DNA of 64,000 bases from an uncultured Gemmatimonadales bacterium. GTDB lineage: Bacteria > Gemmatimonadota > Gemmatimonadetes > Longimicrobiales > RSA9. The position numbers and the translations under genes were made by a program. The stretch's first letter is position 1. Every line of letters starts with the position of its first letter. Under the pieces are notes generated by a model. That model did no database searches and had not been told where the DNA came from. It was given only the letters and a program-made list of their open reading frames with translations. Positions 1-10,267 of this stretch are shown piece after piece. The stretch is taken from contig CAWFKH010000003.1 of NCBI GenBank assembly GCA_963816355.1, positions 960,001-1,024,000 on the forward strand, given 5' to 3'.

Positions 1-2040
1 AAAGGGTCAGCGGCTTCGAGAGGTCGTACACGCGGCCGGTGCGCACCGGCCGGCTCGCCAGCGAGTCGATCGGCTCCGGCCGCACCAGCCGCAGCACGAT
101 CCGGTTTTTCGCGCCGTAGCCGTGGGTGATGTCGCGCGCCTGACCCCCATCGAGCGGCAGCGTCCACAGGTCGTAGCGGTCCTCGACGATGACGCTCCTG
201 CCGTCGCTCGTGTAGCCGGCGACGCCCCACGGCGGATGCGGCCCGGGATGATCGTACGTCGTGTCGACGAAGCTCGGCGCGCCCCGTCCGAGCGGCGTGG
301 AGACGCCGCTGCCGAGGTCGTACGCGTGGAACCGATCGTCCTTCCAGTACAGGAACGTGCGGCCGTCCGGCGAGATGCCGAAATCCCCGCCGCGCGTGAG
401 CTGATCCTTCAGCATCGGCGTGCGCTCGCCGGTCGCGGTGTTCACGCGGTAGAAGTCCGCTGCCGCCGGGCTTCCAGTCGGAGATGTAGGGCCGATCGTC
501 CGTGCCCACGGCCCACGTGCCGTCCGTCGAGACCTCCAGGCCGCGCATCGTGGAGTCGCTGAGCGCGACGTACCTGCGCCGCGCAACGTCGAACGCCTCG
601 CGAAACGTGAAGTCGCGGTCACGCCGGGCGCGGATCATCTGCGCCGACTGGATGAAGCGGTCGGCCGTGCGCCAGACATCCACGTTCGCCGTGGAATCGC
701 TGCTCTCGACCGCCGCCGTGTCCGCTGCCGGCGTCTGCGGCATCGCGCCCAGGAACACGCGGGCGCCGTCCGCGCTCCAGGTGAGCGGCGCGCGGTCGCT
801 GATCACCCAGCCGTCGGGGAAGCCGGACGACGTCGCATCGAGCGTCGCCGGCGCGAGCTTCGGGTCGCGGAGCGCCGCGCGCACGTCCGGCACCACGAGG
901 AGCACGTTGTCCCGCTGCAGCATCTTCGCGACGTCCTCGCCCTTGAGCACCGCGAGGCCGTTCCCGGCCTCGTTCCACGCCAGGCGCGCGTAGATGCGCG
1001 CGCCGTTGTCCACGGCCTGCGCCGCGCCTCTCGCCAGGTCCATGACGTACAGCCCGTTGGCGTCCCTCACGTCCGCGTCGACCGTGTAGGCCAGCAGCGT
1101 GCCCGCGCGGTTGAACGCCGCCTCACCCACGCTGCCCAGCAGTTGGCTGCGTCCGGTGGTCAGGTCGACGAGGATCGCGTCGGAGCCGTGCGCGGGCGGC
1201 TCCCCGCCCCCGGCCCCGCCACCGGCGCCGCCGCCGAAGCCGCCGGTACGGCGGCCGCGCGGCGCCGGACGGTCGCGCAGCAGCACGAACTTCGAGTCCC
1301 GCGAGAAGACCGCCGACTGCATGTCATGCCAGACCCGTGTCCTGCCGGTGGTCAGCTCGCGGAGCGCCATGCGGTGGTGCACCGTCGGACCCCGGCCGGC
1401 GCCGCGACCGCCCGTCGGCGCACGCTCCGCCCCCTGACGGCGCCTCCGTCGAGTCCGCGCCCCGGCCCCGGCCGCGACCGCGCGCCGCCGTCGAGTCGAC
1501 CTCGAACGCGATCCACCTCGCGTCGGGCGAGAACTCGCCGTTCGATGCACCCGCGATCGCCGTGTCGCGCCCCGTCCCGGGGTTCAGGATGTGCAGCTCC
1601 GGCTTCTCGTCGTCGCGCGCGACGTTCGTGTGGCGGTACACCCACGTGACCCAGCGCCCGTCGCTCGAGATGCCCGCGTCCTCGACCGTCCGCCAGCGCG
1701 AATAGTCGTCCACCGTGAGTACCTTGGCGGCGGAGTCCGGTGGCGGCGGCTCGAGAGCGGTGATCGACGCAGGTGCGAAAGCGACGCGGGCGGGCGAGGC
1801 GCCAGCCGGCGCAGGAGACCGGGCGGCGACCGGCACGGGCGCGCGCGGGCCAGCCGGCGCAGGAGACCGGGCGGCAGCCGGCACGGGTGCGGGAGCGCCA
1901 GCCGGCAAAGGCGACCGGGTGGCAGCCGGCACGGGTGCGGGCGCGGCGCGCGCGGGCAACGCCACCACCAGCAGGACGGCCCCGGCAGCGGCGGCTCGGA
2001 TGGAGGTCGAAAGCGGGCGCATCGTCGCGGATTTCATCAT
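1..2040 (-). CDS. Secreted S9 (prolyl oligopeptidase-like) peptidase, N-terminal beta-propeller part; runs off the window; two apparent frameshifts (~1432, ~468)
   Basis: Signal peptide, then KVLTVDDYSRWRTVEDAGISSDGRWV and FSPDARWIAF; continues in other frames as AFNRAGTLLAYTV and GISPDGRTFLYWKD, typical of large S9 propeller peptidases. The catalytic domain is not in the window. Confidence 0.65.
1800..1945 (-). repeat. Three in-frame ~48-bp repeats encoding (APVPAAxRSPxPAG)3 after the signal peptide
   Basis: Visible in the translation: APAPVPAATRSPLPAG / APAPVPAAARSPAPAG / PRAPVPVAARSPAPAG; boundaries approximate. Confidence 0.75.
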
Positions 2041-2346
2041 GCCTGTCGATCGTGTGTTGTCGGTGGGAGGGTCTCCAGCAGTCACCTGCCAGGCGCGCAC
2101 AATAGCCCCCCGCCGCGCGGGGCGCGAGCGTGTCGCGAACGGCGGTGCCGCCCACGCGTCGGCCGCAACGCGGACGACCCTGCCGACGCCGAAAATCGCG
2201 GCGTCGCGCCAGGCGGGCGGCGCGCGGGCGGCGTCGCGCCAGGCGGGCGCCGCGGGCGGCGTCGCGCCACGCGGGCGACGTCGCGCACGCGGGCGACGTC
2301 GCGCCCGGCGGCAGGGGCCCCGGCGCCATCCCGGCATCGCGTAGCA

Positions 2347-2512
2347 AACCCTGCCGGTCGCTGCTCACCCAATGCATCAATGGAGGATTTGCCGCGCCTG
2401 GCGCAGCAAACACTCCCCGCGTCGTTCGACCGTCCGGACAATGGGAGCGTTGACCGCGAATCGCGCGGCCAACGCTCCCATCCAGGTTCGCGGGCCACCC
2501 ATTGGTAGGGTT
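2347..2512 (-). ncRNA. Candidate structured RNA or palindromic element of unknown family
   Basis: Nested inverted repeats 2347-2355/2504-2512, 2379-2383/2499-2503, 2388-2398/2400-2410, 2416-2421/2489-2494, 2441-2458/2464-2481. Confidence 0.35.
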
Positions 2513-2815
2513 CTCTGCCGTCGGAAACGATCCCCACCTCGCGAGCGCACACCGCCCGCCCTGCGCTTCGACGAAGAAGTCACTGCCGCGCGCTTCGATG
2601 GCCGTCACCGGCGCGCCACGCGGTGCAGCGCTGTCACCGCCGTTCGCTTCGACGCCGCCGCCCGCCAACCGAGCGCCTCCGCGACCCGGACGTATCGTCG
2701 CCCTCCCGAAGCCGGAACGGCGGGGCGGCGCATCCCCCCCCCTCCCGTCCTCGCGCCGCCCCGCCGTTCCCATCCTCACGCCCAGCCCAGCTTCAGGCGA
2801 GGCGAGCCCCCGAGC

Positions 2816-4378
2816 TCAGGAGGTGGCTGCGGCGCTCGCCTTCGCGGGCGTCGGGTGCTTGGTGGAGGCGATGAAGTTGGCGATGTCCTCCTTGAGCTGG
2901 CGCGCCGAAGCCTGGTTGAGGTACGCCATGTGGCCGCTCTCGTAGTACTTGAACTCGACGCGGTCCTGGTACGTCCTGTCGAAGCCGAGGTGACGGAACG
3001 TGTATTCGGCGTTGGCGAACGGCGTGGCCATGTCGTAATAGCCGGCGCCGACCATGACGTGCAGGTAGGGATCCTTCGCCATCGCGAGACGGAGCGACTC
3101 GACCTCGTTCGGATAGCCGAAGAAGCCGCCGCCCGCGTAGTCCCAGCGGCCGGTGTGCCCGCCCATGTAATACTGCAGGTTGCTGCGGTAGCCGAGGTCG
3201 TTGTGCAGGTAGCGCATGAAGGCGGACATGAACGCACCGGAGGGGGCGACGTCGGACGGATCGTAGTCCTCGCGCGTGCTCGTCGCGTTGCCGTTGATGC
3301 CGATCATGCGGCTGTCGTAGCGGCCCACCGTCTCGCGCTGGTCGCGCAGCAGCTCGGTGCGGTAGGTGCCCGGGTCGATGCGCAGGTTCGTGTTCAGGGC
3401 GAACGCCTGCGACACGCCGGTCAGCCGCGCCAGCTTCTGTGCGACGTCGCTGCGCTGCGCCTCCGTCAGCTCGTTCCCCTTCGCCAGCGCGGTGAGATAG
3501 TCGCCGAAGGCGTAGTCGCGCGACTGCTGCACCGCCTGCTCGAGGCTCTGGCTCTGCAGGTCGCCGGGCAGCTTCTTGTGGTACCAGGCGGTCGCCGTGT
3601 ACGTCGGCAGGAAGGCGGCGTACCCGATGTCGTTCGTCGGCGACGGCGCGATGTACTGGAAGTCGAGCACGGTGCCGAGCAGCATGATCCCGTTCAGCTC
3701 GATCCCCTCGCTGCGCTGCAGCTCGGAGGCGAGACCGGCGGAGCGGAACGTGCCGTAGCTCTCGCCGAAAAGGTACTTCGGCGATGCCCAGCGATCGTAC
3801 TTGTCGAGGTAGTTGCGGATGAACTGGCCGAACATCTCGATGTCGTTCACGGCGCCGGTGTAGTCGGACGCCTTGACGCCCGGTCCCGGCCGCGAGTAGC
3901 CGGTCATCATCGCGTCGACCTGCACCAGGTCGGTGACGTCGAGCGGCGTGTACGGGTTGTCGACCAGGTCGTACGGCGGCGCGGGCTGCGAGCCGTTCGG
4001 TCCCATGTTCGGGTGCTTCGGGCTCATGATCCCCATGTCGAGCCAGATCGACGCCGAGCCCGGTCCGCCGTTGAAGAAGAAGGTCACGGGGCGCGTGGCC
4101 GCGTCCTGGTCGTCGCGCGTGTAGGAGATGTAGAACACGGTGGCCGCCGGCTTCCCGTTGTCGTCGCGCAGCACCATGGTGCCGGCGTGCGCCGTGTAGG
4201 GGATCGACTTGCCGTCGATGGTGATCGCGTGCTTCGTGGTCGACACCTTCTCGACCGGCGCGACCGCCTCGGAGCTGTCGGCGCCGGCGGCGGGTGCGCG
4301 TCGCGGCCGCTGGGCGGCCGCGGGAGCCACCGCCGCAAGCGATGCGCCGATGCCGAGCACGAACAACCATTTCCGCAT
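2816..4378 (-). CDS. Secreted S10 family serine carboxypeptidase
   Basis: Signal peptide, FFFNGGPGSAS, GESYG nucleophile motif, GYYDMATP, YESGHMAY. Confidence 0.92.
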   Translation of the reverse strand: MRKWLFVLGIGASLAAVAPAAAQRPRRAPAAGADSSEAVAPVEKVSTTKHAITIDGKSIPYTAHAGTMVLRDDNGKPAATVFYISYTRDDQDAATRPVTFFFNGGPGSASIWLDMGIMSPKHPNMGPNGSQPAPPYDLVDNPYTPLDVTDLVQVDAMMTGYSRPGPGVKASDYTGAVNDIEMFGQFIRNYLDKYDRWASPKYLFGESYGTFRSAGLASELQRSEGIELNGIMLLGTVLDFQYIAPSPTNDIGYAAFLPTYTATAWYHKKLPGDLQSQSLEQAVQQSRDYAFGDYLTALAKGNELTEAQRSDVAQKLARLTGVSQAFALNTNLRIDPGTYRTELLRDQRETVGRYDSRMIGINGNATSTREDYDPSDVAPSGAFMSAFMRYLHNDLGYRSNLQYYMGGHTGRWDYAGGGFFGYPNEVESLRLAMAKDPYLHVMVGAGYYDMATPFANAEYTFRHLGFDRTYQDRVEFKYYESGHMAYLNQASARQLKEDIANFIASTKHPTPAKASAAATS

Positions 4379-4555
4379 GGGGAGCCTCTCCGCGTCTGGG
4401 TTGGATGGCTGGGTTCGGGGCTAATTACGTAAGAGGCGCCCGCCGGTTCCACCCGCTTCCGTGCGGCTACGGCTGCGCGCGGCCCGAGATGCCCCGCCTC
4501 GTGCCGCGCGCCAACGTAGCCGACCGACGGACGCGTTGCACCTCTGCGCCGCCCC

Positions 4556-6388
4556 CTACAGCACCGTGATCGTGACCGTCGCGTCGCTCGTACCGAGGCC
4601 GTTCGCGATGCGGTACTGGAAGGTGATGTCGCCAGTGAAGCCGATCGGCGGCGTGAGGCTGAAGCTGCCGTCGGCGTTGACGCGCAGGAATCCCTGGACG
4701 CCGAAGCCCACCTTCTGACCGGCGACGAAGCTGGTCGCCGTGCCGGCCAGGCTGCCGCCGCCGAAGCTGACCAGGCTCGCGAGAGGCGCCGCACGGTCGT
4801 CGTTCGCCAGCACGCCCAGCGGACCCACGTCGAGCTGCGTGCCCGCCGCCGTCGAGAAGGCGTCGTCCGCCGCGGTCGGCGCGTGGCCGACGACGATCGA
4901 GACGGTGGCGTCGCCGACACCCGCCGCGTTCTGTGCCCGGTAGTTGAACGTGAACGTGCCCACGAAGCCGGCGCTCGGCATGAACGCGACGCTGCCGTCC
5001 GCGCCCACGCGGATCGAGCCGCCGGTCCCGAACGTCGTCGTCGTCCCGGCGGGGAAGGCCGTCACCGCCGCACCGAGGCTGCCCCCGCCGTAGGAGACGA
5101 TCGGCGCCGCCGGCACCGCCGTCGTGTCGTTGGCGAGGAGCCCCGGCGCCGGCACGCCGAGCTGCGTGTCCTGCGCCGTCGCGAGCGTGTCCGCGCTCGG
5201 GGAGGGCGCCCGGTTCAGCCGCACCGTGATCGTCGCCGAGTCGCTCGCGCTGCCGCTCGTCACCCGGATGCGCGCGACGCCGTTCGCCACCGCGCTCACC
5301 AGACCCGTGGCCGAGACGGTCGCGACCGCGGCGTTCGAGCTGCTCCACGTGAGCGCCGGCGCCGCGATCGGCTGACCGTTCGTGTCGAACGCCGCGACCG
5401 TGAGCTGCAGCGTCGGCATCGCCGTGCTCAGCGTGTCGGCCGACGGACTCACCTTCACGCTGTCCGCGTTCTGCACCACGCTGACCTGCGCCACGCCCAC
5501 CGCGCTGCCCTTCGTCGCCCGCACCTGCGCGCCGCCCGCCCCCTTCGCCGTGGCCACGCCGCTCCCGTCGACCGTCACCACCGCCTCGTCCGACGACGTC
5601 CACGTCAGCTCCGCCGCCGTGACCGCCACCGCGTGGCCCGTCCGGTCCAGCGCCGTCGGCTGGAACTGCACCGTCTGGCCCAACGCCGTGAGCTGCGCCG
5701 TCGCCGGCGCGAGGTCGATCGAAGCCGGCTGCGGCATCACCGTCACCGTCGCTTCGCCGCTCGCGCCATCCAGCTTCGCCCGCACCGTCGCGTCACCGGG
5801 AGCCACCGCCGTCACCGTGCCGGTGCCGTTCACGCTCGCGATCGCCGGCGCGCTCGACGTCCACTCCGCAGAACGGCCGGTGATCGCGTTGCCGTTGGCG
5901 TCGCTCGCCGCCGCCTGCAGCGCGCCGGTCGCGCCGATCGCGTCCAGCAGCAGCGTCGCCGGCGTGACCTCGATCGACGCCGCCGGCCCCGCCGCGGCGC
6001 TCGCGTGGAAGAGCGCGGACGCCGTGCCGACCGTCACCCGCACGCTCTGCTCGCCCGCCCCGGGCCCCAGCGTCCAGTTCGCCCGCGTGAGACCGCCGGC
6101 GTCCGTCGCCGCGCCCACCGCCTCCACCGAACCGGCTCCCGACACCACCTCCCACGCGGCCGTCGCCCCCGCGACCACGCCGCCCTGCGTGTCCGCCGCC
6201 CGCGCGACCAGCGGCTGCCCCACCGCCGTCCCGGCCGTCGCCTGCTGCCCCTCGCCGCTCACCACGGTGACCGCCGCCACCCGCGCCTCCGGCGGCCCCG
6301 CATCGTCCTTGCAACCCGCCGCGAACAGGGCACACGTGAAGCCCGCGATGAGCGCCAGCGAGCACGACCGGAAATGGGACGCGTTCAT
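4556..6388 (-). CDS. Surface lipoprotein with multiple bacterial Ig-like domains (Big_2-like and Big_9/cadherin-like)
   Basis: Lipobox-like AAGC, repeated WTSSxxxVAxVxxxGxVxA motifs, GLLAND/GVLAND repeats with FTFNY/ITFQY. Confidence 0.85.
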   Translation of the reverse strand: MNASHFRSCSLALIAGFTCALFAAGCKDDAGPPEARVAAVTVVSGEGQQATAGTAVGQPLVARAADTQGGVVAGATAAWEVVSGAGSVEAVGAATDAGGLTRANWTLGPGAGEQSVRVTVGTASALFHASAAAGPAASIEVTPATLLLDAIGATGALQAAASDANGNAITGRSAEWTSSAPAIASVNGTGTVTAVAPGDATVRAKLDGASGEATVTVMPQPASIDLAPATAQLTALGQTVQFQPTALDRTGHAVAVTAAELTWTSSDEAVVTVDGSGVATAKGAGGAQVRATKGSAVGVAQVSVVQNADSVKVSPSADTLSTAMPTLQLTVAAFDTNGQPIAAPALTWSSSNAAVATVSATGLVSAVANGVARIRVTSGSASDSATITVRLNRAPSPSADTLATAQDTQLGVPAPGLLANDTTAVPAAPIVSYGGGSLGAAVTAFPAGTTTTFGTGGSIRVGADGSVAFMPSAGFVGTFTFNYRAQNAAGVGDATVSIVVGHAPTAADDAFSTAAGTQLDVGPLGVLANDDRAAPLASLVSFGGGSLAGTATSFVAGQKVGFGVQGFLRVNADGSFSLTPPIGFTGDITFQYRIANGLGTSDATVTITVL

Positions 6389-6663
6389 GTGCCCTCTATG
6401 GGAAGAATTTCTGGATTCGGTAGCGACGGGCAGATCCGCCCGTACAGAAGACGCGTCCAAACGTCCGTTTCTGACAGCCGCCGCTTGCCGATTCGACGGG
6501 CCGACCCCATCCTGCACCCGCGGACGAGGCCGTTCTGCAACGCTCCCTCTCATTTTCAGGATTTTTTCGCCAGCCGCCGGACGACGCCGCTCCCTGACCC
6601 GCCACGCCGGCGCTGACCGCCCGCCCGCTCGCGCACCGCCACCCGCACGCGAAAGGAACCACC

Positions 6664-8145
6664 ATGCAGCCCCTCACCCTGCCGAGCCCCGCCGACATCG
6701 TCAAGCGGCTGAAGGAGAGCGATCCGGGGGCTCCGCCTCTCCTGCCCGAGCGGTGGGAGGCGACGGTGTTGCTGACGCCGTACGGCGACGAGACGTCCGC
6801 GCTCGAGAACTACCGCCAGCTCGTGATCGCCGACGTCGAGTACGACTGGACCTACGGGGCGATGGTGCTCGACCTGTACCTCACGCAGAGCCTGCAGGTC
6901 TTCCGCTTCTTCTTCCTCGACGGCGCGTGGTACTGGGTCGAGATCGGAGCGGGCGGGACGCCGGACACGCTGCTGGGGCCGTTCGCCACCACGCTGCAGG
7001 TGCCGGGGCCGGACCTGCTGTCGAAGTCGACGTACGGCGGCAACTGGGGGATCACGGGCACCGCGTGCAACCACTGGGTCATCCCGACGAACGAGCCGGG
7101 CGTCCCCGCGCACGGAAGCTGGTTCGCGACGCGCCGGAGCGACGATTCGCTCTATCGCATCTTCACCTTCGACTCGACCAACGCGCTCCAGCTCCCGATC
7201 CTCGGCGCGTACTACCTGGCGCACCTCCCCACCTTCGCCCCGCTTCCGGCCGCTTCCGCGAAGCTCACCGCGCTCGTCGCTGCGGCGCGCGCGGGCAAGG
7301 TCGAGGCGGCGCCCACCGGCTTCAGCAACCCGCTGGTCACGCAGAACGACATCCAGAGCGTCATGGCGGCGCCGCTCTCGCCCCCGGCCACCTGCACGGC
7401 GGCCGACCTGCAGGCGCTGATTCCCGGCTTCGTCGCGGCGCCGAGCGGCGTGACGCTCCCCGTCTGGGCCGACAGGACCGGCATCTTCGCGATGACGCTG
7501 GGCACCGACTTCATTCCGTACGTCACCCTGGTCAGCTACTTCTACAGCTACGGTCGCCAGCAGAGCGTCTTCATCGGGCTCGGTCAGGAGGCGGGGCAGG
7601 GGAGCTACGACGACCGTCAGGACTGCGTCCTCTATCCCACCTACACGAACGTGCCGCAGTACTACCTGCAGAACGGCGATTGGGCAGTCAACTGCTGCAG
7701 CAGGATCCCGAACATCGGCGTCCCGCGCCCGGATTGGGTGAGCGCCGCGGTGCAGGCGTTCGGCGGCGGCGTCGCGGCGTCGATCAGCGGCAACCCGGAC
7801 TTCGGCCTGAAGCCGGACGAGACGCTGAACCTGATCGACTGCATGATGCCGCGCGACGACGACGTCATGTCGCTCTTCTGGGTCTGGTTCAACCAGGACC
7901 AGGTGGGCGTGCTCTTTTCCGAGTCGAACTACGCCCAGTCCGTCACCGCGCACAACCTGCAGCTCATCGACTACCTCGTCTTCGTCCGCGACGCCGACTG
8001 GATCGACCCGAGCAGCTTCACCGATCCGTGCGCGGCCGGAACCGTGCCGCCGTGCCAGCCGCAGGATGCCGAAGCCGGGTGGAAGGTGAAGGGCCCGCGG
8101 CACGTGGGGGGACCGGTGTCGCGTCCGCAGCCGCTCGACGCGTGA
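6664..8145 (+). CDS. Hypothetical 493-aa protein, possibly two tandem ependymin-related/LolA-like domains
   Basis: Clean ORF, AAGGA RBS, typical codon bias; motifs YDW..PGPDLL..Y.G..G..CNHW and CC..GVPRPDWV. The fold assignment is inference. Confidence 0.8.
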   Translation: MQPLTLPSPADIVKRLKESDPGAPPLLPERWEATVLLTPYGDETSALENYRQLVIADVEYDWTYGAMVLDLYLTQSLQVFRFFFLDGAWYWVEIGAGGTPDTLLGPFATTLQVPGPDLLSKSTYGGNWGITGTACNHWVIPTNEPGVPAHGSWFATRRSDDSLYRIFTFDSTNALQLPILGAYYLAHLPTFAPLPAASAKLTALVAAARAGKVEAAPTGFSNPLVTQNDIQSVMAAPLSPPATCTAADLQALIPGFVAAPSGVTLPVWADRTGIFAMTLGTDFIPYVTLVSYFYSYGRQQSVFIGLGQEAGQGSYDDRQDCVLYPTYTNVPQYYLQNGDWAVNCCSRIPNIGVPRPDWVSAAVQAFGGGVAASISGNPDFGLKPDETLNLIDCMMPRDDDVMSLFWVWFNQDQVGVLFSESNYAQSVTAHNLQLIDYLVFVRDADWIDPSSFTDPCAAGTVPPCQPQDAEAGWKVKGPRHVGGPVSRPQPLDA

Positions 8146-8201
8146 GCCGCGGCCGCGGCGCCCCGCCGGGAGGCGGCGACGTCCCGCTCAGCGGCGGTGC
8201 T

Positions 8202-10130
8202 TCAGGCGGCGACGGCGATCGGGCCGACCACCTGTGGTCCGCCCGCTTCGACGAACTGCACCCCCGCCCGCTTCACCGCCGCTTCGGCGCGCGCGACGAC
8301 GTCGGCGAAGCCGGGCAGCGCGCGCACCGGCTCCAGCCACGGGTCCTGACGGAGCTGGTACGCGCAGCAGTACCCCATTTCCAGCACCTCGTCCAGGTGC
8401 CGCAGCGCGCCCTCGGCGTCGCCGACGTGTGCGAGGTGGCGGATGGCGTAGAAACGGCCCTCCGGGTCGCGGACGTGCTCGAGCGCCTCGTTCGCCGCCG
8501 CGAGCGCCCGCTCGTCGTCGCCATCCAGGATGGCACGCAGCGAGGCCAGGTGGTGGCTCGCCGTCGTGCCGGCGGCGCGCGTCTCGCTCTCGCCGAGCAG
8601 GCGCAGCGCGTCCGCCTTGCGGCCGAGCATCGTCAGCGCGAGCGGCGCGAGGTAGCCGATGTCGCCGAACGCTTCCTCGACCACACGGTCGTAGCGGCCG
8701 AGCATGAAGAGCGTGTTGCCCACCGTCGTGGCGATCTCCGGATCGAGCCGGCGCGCGCGCAGGTGCGCCGCCGCCGACGCCTCGAGCAGACCCGCGAAGC
8801 GGCACGAGTGGACGACGCCGGCGAACAGCTCCGGATCCGCGTCGCTGTCGCGCAGGCACTGGATCAGGCGCGTCATCGCGGACGGCGCACGGCCCAGCTC
8901 GACCTCGAGCTGCGCGAACAGATGGTGCGCGATCGGCAGGTCCGGGTTCAGGTCGAACGCGTGCTGGAACGACGCCTCCGCCTCCGCCCGCATCGTGTCC
9001 CGCACCGCCGGGTCCAGCGACCACTTGGCCAGCAGCCGGTAACAGCGGCCGAGCCGTGCCCACGCGGGCGCGTATTTCGCATCCTCGTGCAAAGACTCGA
9101 GATAAAGCTTGCGAGCATCCTCCCAGCGCCCCGTCTGGTGGCTGAGGTGGTTCGCCCGCAGGTACTGCTCGTACGCGTGCGCGCTGCCCGGCGCGTCCCG
9201 GTGCAGCCGCATGCGTTCGCGTGCCGTCAGCGACACCGACAGCGACTCCAGGATGCGGCGCGACAGCTCGTCCTGCAGCGCGAAGAGGTCTTCCAGACCG
9301 ACCACCGTGACCTCCGACCACAGGATCGTGCCGTCCGGCGCCTGCGCGAGCTGTGCGGTGAGTCGGAGCTGGTCTCCGATCCGCAGCAGCGTGCCGCTCA
9401 GCACCGCGTTCACGCCGTGCCGCGCCAGCTCGCCCAGGTCCGGCGCCTCCTTCGCGTAGCGGCTGCTCGTGATCATCGAGCGCACCACCAGCGAACGCAG
9501 CCCCGCGAGCGAGCAGCTGATCGCGTCCGGCAGGCTGGACGACAGGAACTCCGTCTCCTCGTCCGGACGCAGCATGCGGAACGGCAGCACGATGAGCTGC
9601 GTCCGTTCCGGGTCGCCGCCCCCGCCCCCTCCCGCTCCGGCCGCGCCGCCCGGCTCCTGCCGCGGTGGCGACGCCGCGCCCGCAGCGCCGCGCCGGCCGC
9701 CCCCGTCCGCGGCCGAGCCGGGGACGCCACCCCCGCCCGCGCCTCCTGCCGGCACCGCGGCGTCGGCCCCGGCGCCGCCGGCGTGGCCGCCGGCGTGGCT
9801 CGCCGTCTCCGGCCGCTCCGGCGCCGTGACGGCGGCGTGCCCCGCGTCGCCGTGCCCGGCGAGGTCGCTGAAGTGGGTGGGCGGCGTACGCTGGATCCCT
9901 TCCGGCGTGATGTCGTAGGCCCACGCGAGGATGAGCGCGATCGGCAGACCCAGGATCAGCAGCACGATCACGAACGTGAGCGTCCAGGCTGGCAGCTCCA
10001 GCGCCGGAAGGACAATGCTCGATCCTTCCGCGAGCATGTAAGACACGGCGCCGTACACGAGCAGGACGCGGAAGACGCGTCGTCGCTTCAGCTCATCGAT
10101 CAGGCGAGCGACCATTCCGGACGTGGCCAT
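8202..10130 (-). CDS. Membrane-anchored TolB-N-like plus TPR-repeat protein
   Basis: ELKRRRVFRV two-TM N-terminus with AWAYDITPEGI, Gly/Ala linker, LIVLPFRML..LSGTLLRIGDQLRLTAQL domain, TPR helices. Confidence 0.85.
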   Translation of the reverse strand: MATSGMVARLIDELKRRRVFRVLLVYGAVSYMLAEGSSIVLPALELPAWTLTFVIVLLILGLPIALILAWAYDITPEGIQRTPPTHFSDLAGHGDAGHAAVTAPERPETASHAGGHAGGAGADAAVPAGGAGGGGVPGSAADGGGRRGAAGAASPPRQEPGGAAGAGGGGGGDPERTQLIVLPFRMLRPDEETEFLSSSLPDAISCSLAGLRSLVVRSMITSSRYAKEAPDLGELARHGVNAVLSGTLLRIGDQLRLTAQLAQAPDGTILWSEVTVVGLEDLFALQDELSRRILESLSVSLTARERMRLHRDAPGSAHAYEQYLRANHLSHQTGRWEDARKLYLESLHEDAKYAPAWARLGRCYRLLAKWSLDPAVRDTMRAEAEASFQHAFDLNPDLPIAHHLFAQLEVELGRAPSAMTRLIQCLRDSDADPELFAGVVHSCRFAGLLEASAAAHLRARRLDPEIATTVGNTLFMLGRYDRVVEEAFGDIGYLAPLALTMLGRKADALRLLGESETRAAGTTASHHLASLRAILDGDDERALAAANEALEHVRDPEGRFYAIRHLAHVGDAEGALRHLDEVLEMGYCCAYQLRQDPWLEPVRALPGFADVVARAEAAVKRAGVQFVEAGGPQVVGPIAVAA

Positions 10131-10267
10131 GACCTGTAGCTCGAGGTGGATTACGACGCCGGGACGAGATGACGGAATTTTTTAAGTTACTCGCTCGGCA
10201 CGACTTCGGCCAGAGCGTCGCGAATTCGTCGCGATTCGCTCACAATTCGTCCCCAAAGGAGGGGCCC

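Noticed and set aside
2347..2540. TPP riboswitch or retron msr-msd
   Set aside because: The minus strand has GGCAGAGA..CCCGCGAACCTG but lacks the conserved UGAGA and the P5 loop; no RT nearby for a retron
5382..10139. Very long ORFs such as 5382-10139(+), 24072-27374(-), 27680-31462(-) and most of 31466-36361(-)
   Set aside because: Shadow or antisense frames of real genes in high-GC DNA; the last contains only mlaD and the mlaF N-terminus
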